This document shows, piece after piece, positions 10,830-21,257 of a stretch of 28,434 nucleotides of DNA. Made by a program: the position numbers and the translations under genes. The number at the start of each line of letters is the position of its first letter. Positions within the stretch are counted from its first letter, which is position 1. The notes below the pieces were generated by a model. The model was not told the origin of the DNA and did not search any database. It saw nothing but the letters and a program-made list of their open reading frames with translations. Origin of the DNA: Macrostomum lignano (lineage: Eukaryota); the NCBI GenBank assembly GCA_002269645.1, contig NIVC01005021.1, positions 1 to 28,434 on the forward strand. The letters are read 5' to 3'.

Positions 10830-11790
10830 CATTCAAATCTGCAGCATTGATTTACTGAGGGCAGCCCCAAACCAAGTTACAAACGGTTGAACGCTTCCGG
10901 TCAGTCCTGCAGATGGCTAACTTTGATAAAGCAGCGCAGTCTCTTGTTTTGAGATGCAGCAGAAGAACCCGCCGCGATCAGGGGCATCGCACCAAATGCA
11001 GTTTTGTAGCTCTCAGCTTCCGGTTGACCGGAAGTTCAACATCTGGGCGGTGTTTTACGAACCAAAGCTCAATCTTAAGATGCAAAGGATTCCTCGGGTT
11101 TGGCGTCAACCGCTGGGGACGACGTTCATTTCTCAATCTCTTTCTGACTAAAATTAGGTCTTCTTTTATCAGCCATTCGAATGTGATTTGCAATGCAAAA
11201 TAAACTCAATGAACAAGAAGTACTATAAGTCGTGACCGTGTCTCTGCTGGCTAAAATAAGGCATATATAAAACGGCTAAAGTTTGACGCCACGCGGAATG
11301 CGGAATTAGTCCATGGTCAACCCAATCTTAAACTTTCTCGTCCACAACCAAAGCTCGACCTTAGCTAAGATCGAGGTTGGAAGTGACTCCTAAGTGTTTG
11401 TAAAACGCATTTACGGCTCAGTCTTAAGTTCGAGTCTAAGTTGGAACTTACGAGTCAGTCTTAAGACGCAGTTCGTAAAACAACTCCCTGAGGTTGAATT
11501 TGTTTGGAAAGAGCTGCAGCGCAACAGAGGTGTAGATTGAATCTGATGTGGTCCGTATTGACAGGAGCCACTGTTTTCTGTTTCTTTCCAAAAGATATTG
11601 ACTATGCAGCCATTTTCTGTCCGTGGTTGGGTTGTGCGACTGCAGTGTTGCGTTGTAAATATGAAAAATGTAAATATGATTTTTTAGTTTCTTTAAGTAT
11701 TTATCTATCCGTAACTTTGCGCACCTGATGGATGCGGTGTGTCTCAATAGAACTCCCAAACTGCCAGATTCCCTACTGACAAATTCTCTT
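10830..11790. repeat. Dispersed module paralogous to 20030-20430; this copy carries a MITE
   Basis: Shared AATCTGCAGCATTGA, CAGCTTCCGGTTGACCGGAAGTTC, AAGAGCTGCAGCG(C/T)AACAGA(G/A)GTGTAGATTGAATCTGATG and TATCCG...TTGCGCA blocks. Confidence 0.85.
11046..11487. mobile_element. PIF/Harbinger-type non-autonomous DNA transposon (MITE), 442 bp
   Basis: 17-bp TIRs, GGCGGTGTTTTACGAAC and the reverse complement GGAGTTGTTTTACGAAC (15/17). 3-bp TSD CTG at 11043-11045 and 11488-11490. Absent from the paralog near 20195. The Harbinger assignment is inferred from the GG termini and the 3-bp CWG TSD. Confidence 0.8.
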
Positions 11791-11949
11791 GTTGCGATGC
11801 GAGTTGAGCAAACAGAAAACTTAGCCCTCTCACCTGAGAGCTTGAATCCATTTTTTTAGTTATGTCGTCTAAAAAATACGAGTAAAACAATGCAAAATCT
11901 CACCCTTTTAATTCAGCAGCCCTCATCTCCCCTTATTTAAATCAAATTG

Positions 11950-13075
11950 TTCACGTAAGCAGTGTAAGACTTTTTGTGAAGGGTTCGACTTGGATCCTCT
12001 CCGGGGTCTCCTGATTCGAGGTTTGTTCTGCTCGATTCCTCTGGACCCTAGCTCTGCGCCCGCCTTGTAGTTCTGGCTTCCCTTGTCGCTTTTCAACCCT
12101 CACTGGCAATCGCCTCGCCAGCAATCTCTGGTTCCTGCACAGGACTCTTCCACTGGTTTGTCCGAATAGGAAGTCATTGTTCCGCATTAATTCAACGATC
12201 ATTCCGTTGCGGTCCCACTTCCTGGTCTGTGAGTCTTGAATTGCCACACGGTCAGCCACCTTGAGTTTACGTAACTCCTTTTCAGATGTTATGCAGTGTT
12301 GTTGCCTGGAAAGTGCCCGCCCCTGCTTCTACTCCATTAGCTGCTTTTTGTCATTCCTTGGCAAACGCATGCCTGTGTGAACCTGTAAAGTGTCCTTGAC
12401 CGGGTGTTCGAAGACTGTGCTGGTGACTGGCCTTCGTATCGTTGTGAATTGATGTTGATCAGGAGTTGTTTTCTCAGTTTGCTCCCAGTCTGGCTCACGT
12501 AGTCTGGATTCCAGCTGCCTCTCATAAATTTTTCATGGCTTTCACTGCGGCCTCCGCCTTTGAGATGACCGGCTTTGGATAGCTTGGAGATGACGTCCCA
12601 CTCGACTTCCCATCGCTCCAGGAATCGCTGGAATGGCTTTGCCGCAAATTGCGGTCCGTTGTCGCTCGAAATGACGTCAGAAACTCCTTCTGGTAAAATC
12701 GCTGCCTCAAGGAATTTATAATTTTGTATGTTGGCGTGTTATGTTGGCTGTCACCAGGAAATTCTTCCCTACTATGTCGGGCTCTTCTCTCCTTTGCATT
12801 GGTTGCTTCTGTTGACTCGGAAGGTCCTTACATCTTACAAAGTGTTTTGCTACAATCAAAATGTCGTTCTCAATGCCAGGACAAAAATGACATGCCCGCT
12901 CTCTTTCAGTTTGCTACTCCATGGTGTGTACTTTGCAGGTGTTCGAGCACCTCTCGTCCTATCACTCTCGGTATCAGTAATCCCTTTCCAACCAGCATTA
13001 GTTTTTCATCAAGAGCGTACTTCCATGCTCAGAGGGATACGATTGCGCCGTTTCTGTCCGTCCTGGTGCCAAGGA
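11950..13075 (-). mobile_element. Degenerate Ty3/Gypsy integrase fragment
   Basis: EVLEHLQSTHHGV (zinc finger), SSPSYP...KAEAAVKAMKNL (catalytic Glu helix) and DRVAIQDSQTRKWDRNG...SGRVLCRNQRLL (C-terminal domain). Confidence 0.85.
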
Positions 13076-13110
13076 CTACTTAAGTAGATATGTTACTTTA
13101 GTCGTCCTTG

Positions 13111-13715
13111 CATGGTGCTTGACTGGGTGCTGCGGACTGCCCTCTCTTCTGACAACGATAGCTTCCTGCTGCAGCGACGCGTGGGTCGACACCAACCGGA
13201 AAGGCGGCTCAGTGTGCTTGGCTACGCCGATGACCTCGCCCTGCTGTCCTCGACTGTCGAGGGCGGCCAACGCCAGCTGGACCGGCTAATGAGCGTTGCG
13301 GCGAGCGTCGGCCTGGTAGTCAACATACAGAAGACCGTCGTGCTCTGCGTGCCGGACGACATCGAGGTTGCAATTTTCTGCCGAGGCGTCGACGAGCAGG
13401 TGAAAAAGCTTCCGTGCTCTCAGCAGTTTGTCTGGTGCCTGACGTTCGCGAGGACCTGTGACGTCGTAGTGGACTTGCCTGGGCTGCCTTCCGTTCCGCG
13501 AAGGCTGTCCTGCATTCTGAGGCCCTGCCCGACCGCCAGAGGGCGGCGTTGTTACAGGCGGTGATCGAGACCGTTCTGTTGTACCTGTAATGTATAACGC
13601 CGAGACCTGGATGCTGACAGATTCGCTCGAACAGCTGGTCGATGCAGCACACGCGCCGCCTTCAAGGTCGGCTACAAGCGAGTACTGCCCACAGCCGGTG
13701 CAGGAGGTATACACA
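13111..13715 (+). mobile_element. Non-LTR retrotransposon RT, 3' half (YADD to thumb), degenerate
   Basis: VLDWVLRTAL...RLSVLGYADDLALLS...GLVVNIQKTVVL, later VIETVLLY..NAETW. Confidence 0.92.
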
Positions 13716-15929
13716 TTTTTCTCTGGGGCCTTTGAGTTTGTGTTCTCACTTTCGTAAGATAGATGTCTAGCGGTCTAAGGTTCTTACAGCTCTAATCTCT
13801 TCAATCAGGCCGTCAGAGAAAACCGTATAAACTGACGGGATCTCCTAGTATCTAAGCTGAGTTTGACTCTTTCTCGGATATGCTCTGCGTGACAATTAAG
13901 ACAAATAACTGTATTGAAGACTTAGATTTGTGCCAACTGGATAATCCAGAGACCAATTCAAAGGGACCAATTCGAGATCGAAAACTGCGCAAGAAAAAAC
14001 GAAGCGCCGCTCCAGTTTGAGATGGGCGTCTATTTATACCAATTAGAATTTTTGACCTCCCCCGCCGCCGGTGGGGTGTCTTCGCGTGGTTAGCAATGGC
14101 GGGGGGGTTTTAAGCAATAAAAATCCGGGACTCAGTCCCCTAGTTGTACACGAATTTAGTTAGTTCTAGTAGGTTGCTAAGTGTGAGGGTTAGAGTTTAC
14201 TCGGGGTTTCGCAAATCTATGTGTTGAGTTGGATAAAATTTGGGATAGAAAGATTATAGAAAAAGAGCTTAATTTTCCGTCTCTTAACTCTGTCCATTGA
14301 TGATTAAACAGTCCTCTCGGTTGTCAAGCTGTTTGGGGTTGATCTCGCCTTCTTGGGTCGGTTCAGGTTGGGTAGGAATCTGTAGGTGGGCCTCACGTTT
14401 TCTCCCTCAGGGTGCGCCAAAGTCTGCCGCGTGCCGCGTTGTTCTCTAAGTCAGGCCGCTGCTCAGCTTGCTTCTCCCAGCCGGTTTGAGCGCCATTGTG
14501 CCTGCGGCGGGGTGACGCTACTGACTGGAATGAAAAGGGGCTTTATTAGATTCGGCTATTTAAATTCACTTGACAGTTGATTAATTATCTTAAAGCTGCT
14601 TCTGTTTGCCCCTCTAATAGCTATCTAGGGGTTCCATTGTGCTCTTCTGCCTCGCCCTGTAGAGATCTCCAGAAACAATACAAGTAGACTACTGTAAGTA
14701 GTAACATAAAAATGCGAAAAACTTGAATGTTATAAAAATTGCAAATTTTTATACTCTACTTTAAGACAGTGAATACAACGTACCACGAAGCATGAGACAA
14801 GTTGCAACTATGGTGAAATACGTTGCAACTATGGTGAAATATGATGAAATAAGTTGAAATCTGATGAAATATGAGTCGCGCTACTAAGTATATGCCAAAA
14901 TTTCGACTATAAATATAAGCGTAAAATCCGAGCTGAAACCTCAGACTCGGAGCAGCCTCAAAAGATCTTGTGGTTAGTTAGAGCAACTAATCGAGGCTAT
15001 ATCTCTGGGAGAGAAGCGTGTCAATTGAGAAGCGTTGTTCAAGTCTTCGTTTTTTTGATTAATTGAGAGCGATTTTATTGCCGGCCGGCCGTTGTTGATC
15101 CGTTGACTTTACTGAGACTATTGGAGGCCTCCCATTTTCCTAAGGGATTGGATAGGATCTGGGGACCGATTCCGATACCCTTAGAGGATTATTGACGGTT
15201 GATTTGGATTATCCTAGATTAACCGATAGGAGAACACGACTCCAATTCCGTTAGATCTAGAAGAAGACGCCCCCTTTGGAGGACCTCGCGTTAGAATTTG
15301 AGTTCATTAGGGCGCACTGTTGATATTGATTTGGCACTCGAGGAACGTACTGAATCCCGCACTCGAGGAGATATTTCGACGTCGACACTGTTCTGCTCTC
15401 ACTCTCGGCCGACTTTGGACTTCGAAGACTTCAAGAAGATTCCTCCGGAGAAGAAGAAGATTGGTAGAAGCGAACTCTACAAACGCGCGCCACAAGGAAG
15501 AAACAAGGAACGAGCTCGGAGAACCTGCCCGACACAGAAGAGCCCGCCACAGTAAGTGAACACGTTAAATTTGTTCCCAGGCTAAAGTGTCTGGAAGTGG
15601 GAGTTTTCGGGAGACTGATCACCTCCCGAATCAACTCTTCAGCCCTTCACTGCGCCTGGGCATTTCATAAATTTCTATCTATCTTCTAACTTAGGGTTAA
15701 AACTTCAGATTTCTAACTCTTATAGGAGGTGCTGCTGCTGACGCTGCAGGCACCCTACCGGCGGGGGCAGGCGCGCACTCGGCGTTTCGTAGACTGCCTG
15801 CTGGCTGATGCCGGCGCCCCGGACACTGCCGGCGGTGCGGCCTGCGTTCGCGCCCAGGCCTTGAAACGTACCTTGTGACGTTGTCTGCTGACTGACTGAC
15901 AACGTATTTTGTTGTTGTTTTTCCCATGC

Positions 15930-16300
15930 TTTCTGCAGTATGGCCTTAGAGACAGTAGCTGCCACTTTGGGTTTTCGATCTGGTCCAAAGTGTATTTGTT
16001 TAAGATCCTTTGAGAAAAAGACATCTCTTTTCACTGCCCAAGCAACAGCCGGCAGTTCAAGCTCGATCATTGCGTAGCGACGCTCGATTTCCGATACTAA
16101 TCTTGAGCCGGCTTGGATGACTCGCCGCTCTGCTTCTGCTTCAGGGTAAAGGGGAGACAGTTTGGTCTGTAAGCATCCGTGTGCAATGCAGATAAGAGAG
16201 GTAGATAAGAAGTTGATCATAAAAGGAAATCGTAGGGACACTGCTCAGCTCTCTCGTTATCTTTTGGAACGCTTCATCATGCTGCTGACTCCAGACGAAG
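15930..16300 (-). mobile_element. Ty3/Gypsy RNase H remnant, paralogous to about 8650-9050
   Basis: VIQAGSRLVSEIERRYAMIELELPAVAWAVK and LDQIENPK motifs. Confidence 0.85.
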
Positions 16301-16332
16301 TCATTCTTGGCCTTCAGTAGGTCCCGCAGTGG

Positions 16333-16722
16333 CTGTCAAATGTCTGTCTGGCAAATGTCTGTCTGGCAAATGTCCGTCTGGCAAATTTCTGTCTGGCAAA
16401 TGTCTGTCTGGCAAATTTCTGTCTGGCAAATTTCTGGCTGGCAAATGTCTGTCTGGCAAATGTCTGTCTGGCAAATGTCTATCTGGCAAATGTCTGGCTG
16501 GCAAATGTCTGTCTGGCAAATGTCTGGCTGGCAAATGTCTGTCTGGCAAATTTCTGTCTGGCAAATGTCTGTCTGGCAAATGTCTGTCTGGCAAATGTCT
16601 GGCTGGCAAATGTCTGGCAGCAAATGTCTGGCTGGCAAATGTCTGGCTGGCAAATGTCTGGCAGCAAATGTCTGGCTGGCAAATGTCTGGCTGGCAAATA
16701 TCTGGCAGCAAATGTCTGGCTG
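16333..16722. repeat. Minisatellite on a GGCAAATGTCT core, mainly 15-bp units (GGCAAATGTCTGTCT / ...GGCT)
   Basis: Direct periodicity; same left and right flanks as the 9063-9945 array. Confidence 0.95.
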
Positions 16723-17589
16723 GTTAACTAGTAGACCCGAGTTCATTCCAACTGACGCTTCAGTTCAATGGTGCTGAGGCTGCTCATCTTTATTCCTCAG
16801 CACTGCATGCGCTGCTCCTCTGTGCCAAGGCAAATCCCCACCTGCTCAACTGCTGGCCCTCAGGCTTCAACTCGCGGCTGTGAGAGCTTTTGATGCAATG
16901 AGTCAATGACGGAAACATCCGGGAAGCCCGAAGTGAAAAAAATCAGTTTTAAAAAAAATAATTAATTATTCGATCCAAGCAGTGACGCATAATTAGGTCA
17001 AAGATAATTTGACCATTTTATAGCGAAATTCTATTTCATAAATATTGAGTATTGCAGCGCAAGTAAGTTTTAGATGGACAGAAAAATGGAAAAAATTTTA
17101 TTACCATATTTATTGTATCATGGCAAGCAGCCTCAAATCTATATCTATAGTTAACTTTGTAATAAACATAAATAGAAGAGTACGCAAACAAAAAAGTCGA
17201 AGTTAAACAGAGTTTCTGAATGAACAAGTTCGAGACAGTTAAAAAATAGTAATCATAGTAAAAAGTCTTCTGGTGAACATCCTTTTAAAAAGATAAAAGC
17301 ATTAAAAAGTGGTTACAAGATTTTTTTATCATTAAAATTAGAAAAAAAGCTATTGTAAAAAACATTTCATATTTGTAACGGTTAAAGTCTGTAATTTTTG
17401 CTAGTTCCTATACGCAAGGGAAAACTAAAGCACTCTGAATTCACTGAGAATCTTGGCATATCCATTCCGTATGTATAGGAATCTAGCAATCAAATTGGTG
17501 TACTTTGCATTTTTATGCAAACTTATCGTGAAACCATCTTGCCACTAGTCTGGGTGCTTCAAGTTGGAGTACTCGAGGGACCCAGTAAA

Positions 17590-19802
17590 TCACACAATGC
17601 TAGCAGCATCGTGATGGCTGACAGCAGCATCGTGATGGCTGAAAGCAGCATCGTGATGGCTGAAAGCAGCATCGTGATGGCTGAAAGCAGCATCGTGATG
17701 GCTGAAAGCAGCATCGTGATGGCTGAAAGCAGCATCGTGATGGCTGAAAGCAGCATCGTGATGGCTGAAAGCAGCATCGTGATGGCTTACAGCAGCATCG
17801 TGATGGCTGACAGCAGCATCGGCAGCATCGTGATGGCTGACAGCAGCATCGGCAGCATCGTGATGGCTGAAAGCAGCATCGTGATGGCTGAAAGCAGCAT
17901 CGTGATGGCTGAAAGCAGCATCGTGATGGCTGAAAGCAGCATCGTGATGGCTGAAAGCAGCATCGTGATGGCTTACAGCAGCATCGTGATGGCTGACAGC
18001 AGCATCGGCAGCATCGTGATGGCTGACAGCAGCATCGGCAGCATCGTGATGGCTGAAAGCAGCATCGTGATGGCTGACAGCAGCATCATGATGGCTGCCA
18101 GTAGCATCGTGATGGCGATTAGTACCATGGTTGGTCGTATTTCCTCGCGTCAATTCCACCTGTGCCAGGTGTCCTCTGATCTCGTATAAGCAGCCGACAC
18201 TGTGAAATCTGTAAAATATTGAGAGCGGTGAGCACAGCATTGACACAAATAGCGTTGCGGATGGGATCCCAGTCTTTACAGAAGCTGTGTCGACGATCAT
18301 TTCGGAGCTGCAAAAAGTGAACATCAGCCACTGTGAGAAGTTTATTAGCATCATGGCGACCGAACACTGCTTTAGCCCGTTGAGATTTGAATTGGCACGG
18401 AATGTCCAGTAGTTGAGCGCCAGAATCAGTACTATTAATTGCAAGCCGCTGTCTGCAATACAAAATACCAGATCTACCAAAGCCGCAATGAATGGAGCCG
18501 AGTTGTTGGCGGATGAACCATCGAAATTAACTTGTGTGGGATCTCCAATGCTCTTAACGTTGTATACAAATAAAAATAGGTTGTAGACTGTGTCGCATAC
18601 TGCAGCAGTGCACAACAGTAAGATGTCGATTCCGTGACTTCTTTGAGGCTGCTGATCGGTGGAGCTCTGATTCTGATGACCAACCCTAAGAAAAAAAACC
18701 AAAGCGATCGTATTGGCAAAGTGCAAGCCCATCAGAACACTGTAGAATAAGGTGTACTGATCCGTCTGGTTAAGAACAAGAAAAATAAGATGGAAACGAT
18801 AGCAGCTGTCGTTGGAATCAGGCCAAACCCCAAGCCGCACCAATAGTGAGCCACAGTGTCAGGTACCACTGCACGATCGTGCGAATTTTGGCTCAGCAGT
18901 TGCTGCAAATCGTCTTCATTATTAACAGGATGCTCGCGCAACAGTTTAGCTAAATGCCCGATGTTGATCCAACAGAACAGGCCGAAAATGGCGCAGAGAA
19001 TGGAGTATTCAGCGCTAAATGGAAAAATATATGGCAGAATTGTGTTTGCCACAGAATTATTGCTTTTTGAATGATTATGATTCTTAAAGTGTTCCAGAAC
19101 TTCAGAGTTAACGCTTGAGAACCAAGACGCCAAGCTGGTGACGATTAGAGGGGCCATTAGAACGGAGAATAAAATAGCAGAAAATTTGTTTGGACTTCGG
19201 TTGCCACACACTGCGAAGAATATGGTTTGGAGTATAGTGAACGCGACTTGTAGGAATGGAATCACAAACTTGTCAAGTGTCCACCAGAAATTTGGAAGCC
19301 AGCAGTCGTTTCTATGGCTTGTGAGCTGGATAATACCGTCAATAAATTTTATGCCCTTTCCAACGACATCGAAAAGGCCTAGCAGAATGCAGACGGTCAG
19401 CAGGAATGTGGAAGGCATGGAAGCGTGCCAGTCCAGCTCAGGAATACAGTCTAAGACCTCATTAGGCGACCAATGTTTGTTTCTGTTGCCTTCATTTGGC
19501 ACTCTTATACTGACACATTTTTTGCAAAGCAACTGATATAACAGCGAGAGCAGAGCCAAGACTATTAGGACTAAACGAATTATTGGCGACACCAAAGGGC
19601 TGTAGTCAGCACAATTCTTGACACTTCTCTCCAGGTTGTTGTCTTCTATGATAAAAGCTAAACTCACTAGTGCTGCAATCGCAGTGCAGACGATTAACAG
19701 GCCGAACTTAACCCAAAATGTGTCTCTGTTGTCGGTGCTGTCGGCCGGTGGCCCCACAGTCCCATTAACCAAGGGAACTGTATCGCCTCCACCTGTAGAC
19801 AT
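17590..19802 (-). CDS. OTOP: Otopetrin-family proton channel, intronless, 12 predicted TM helices, His-rich repeat tail; 1-nt frameshift in the A5 run at 18781-18785
   Basis: TM6 signature PYIFPFSAEYSILCAIFGLFCWINIG (cf. YLxPFxIEYSL...W.NIG) and TM12 signature PLSIFYRFHSVGCLYEI (cf. PLxIFYRFHS..CL.EIW). ORFs 19802-18732 and 18843-17590 join by adding one base in the homopolymer (...IVSILFFLVLNQTDQY...). The symbol is family-level only. Confidence 0.9.
17600..18118 (-). repeat. 21-bp tandem repeat (30-bp variants) within the OTOP frame encoding about 23 HHDAA(F/V)S units
   Basis: + strand unit AGCAGCATCGTGATGGCTGAA; all length variants are multiples of 3. Confidence 0.9.
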
Positions 19803-20029
19803 GACCGAAACTGCTATTAACTTCGTGGCAGCTCAGGATATCCCTTAAACAGCTTTTATTCTTTAAGCTTTGACGAAGCCAAAGGTAAATGAAAATAACA
19901 CCGTTTTAATAACTTGGCAACTCTGTCTTTCCTAATTTGGTGAAGACTTTTAAAACAAAAATTACAGTAGGAAAGTGCAGTGCATCAGAGTTGACTGCTG
20001 ATGAAGCCACCGCTCTGCAACCATCTCAT

Positions 20030-20430
20030 ATTCCAATCTGCAGCATTGACTCACCGAGGCTGCCGCTAACCGCAGTAGGTTGAAAGTTTCCGGTCAGTTT
20101 TTCAGATGACCGCAAAGAACCCCACACTTCGATCAGCTGGCACCGCACTAAATGCACATCTGAAGTTCGCAGCTTCCGGTTGACCGGAAGTTCGATATCC
20201 GTGGTTGGATTTGTTTGGCAAGAGCTGCAGCGTAACAGAAGTGTAGATTGAATCTGATGCGGTCTGTCTTGACACAGGAGCAGCTGCTTTCTGTTTGCTT
20301 CTAGAAGATATTAACTATATGCAGCCACTTTCCGTCCGTAACTTGTGAATATGAAATATGAAATATGTTTTTTTACTTTCTGAAAGTATTTAGCTATCCG
20401 CGAATTTGCGCATAGAGGACAGATTCCTAC
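20030..20430. repeat. Dispersed module upstream of OTOP, paralog of 10830-11790 (empty MITE site)
   Basis: Same blocks as 10830-11790 without the 442-bp element. Confidence 0.85.
20173..20190. promoter_or_regulatory. Inverted pair of ETS-like CCGGAAG cores (CTTCCGGTTGACCGGAAG)
   Basis: Palindrome identical at 11017-11034 although the flanks have diverged; about 370 bp upstream of the OTOP ATG. Confidence 0.3.
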
Positions 20431-21253
20431 TGACAGATCCCCTACTGACAGATCCCCTACTGACAGATCCCCTACTGACAGATCCCCTACTGACAGATCC
20501 CCTACTGACAGATCCCCTACTGACAGATCCCCTACTGACAGATCCCCTACTGACAGATCCGCTACTGACTGATCCCATACTGACAGATCCCCTACTGACA
20601 GATCCCCTACTGACAGATCCCCTACTGACAGATCACCTACTGACAGATCCCCTACTGACAGATCACCTAATGACAGATCCCCTACTGACGGATCCCCTAC
20701 TGACAGATCCCCTACTGACAGATCCCCTACTGACAGATCCCCTACTGACAGATCCCCTACTGACAGATCCCCTACTGACGGATCCCCTACTGACAGATCC
20801 CCTACTGACAGATCACCTAATGACAGATCCCCTACTGACGATCACCTACTGACAGATCCCTACTGACAGATCCCCTACTGACAGATCCCCTACTGACAGA
20901 TCCCCTACTGACAGATCCCCTACTGACGATCCCTACTGACAGATCCCCTACTGACAGATCCCTACTGACAGATCCCCTACTGACAGATCCCCTACTGACA
21001 GATCCCCTACTGACAGATCCCCTACTGACGATCCCCTACTGACAGATCCCCTACTGACAGATCCCCTACTGACAGATCCCCTACTGACAGATCCCCTACT
21101 GACAGATCCCCTACTGACGGATCACCTAATGACAGATCCCCTACTGACAGATCCCTACTGACAGATCCCTACTGACAGATCCTCTACTGACAGACTCGCT
21201 ACTGACAGATACCCTACTGACAGATTCGCTACTGACAGATCCCCTACTGACAG
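20416..21253. repeat. 15-bp minisatellite (ACTGACAGATCCCCT), about 56 units
   Basis: Direct periodicity; abuts the broken end of the LINE. Confidence 0.97.
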
Positions 21254-21257
21254 AGCA

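Noticed and set aside
15720-15870. Possible degraded gag zinc knuckle (RNAECAP...VGCLQR)
   Set aside because: Needs several frameshifts, Cys/His spacing is incomplete, and it lies downstream of RNase H, contrary to Gypsy gene order.
17515-18189. + strand ORF (SSIVMAE)n
   Set aside because: Antisense shadow of the OTOP repeat tail; no independent domain evidence.
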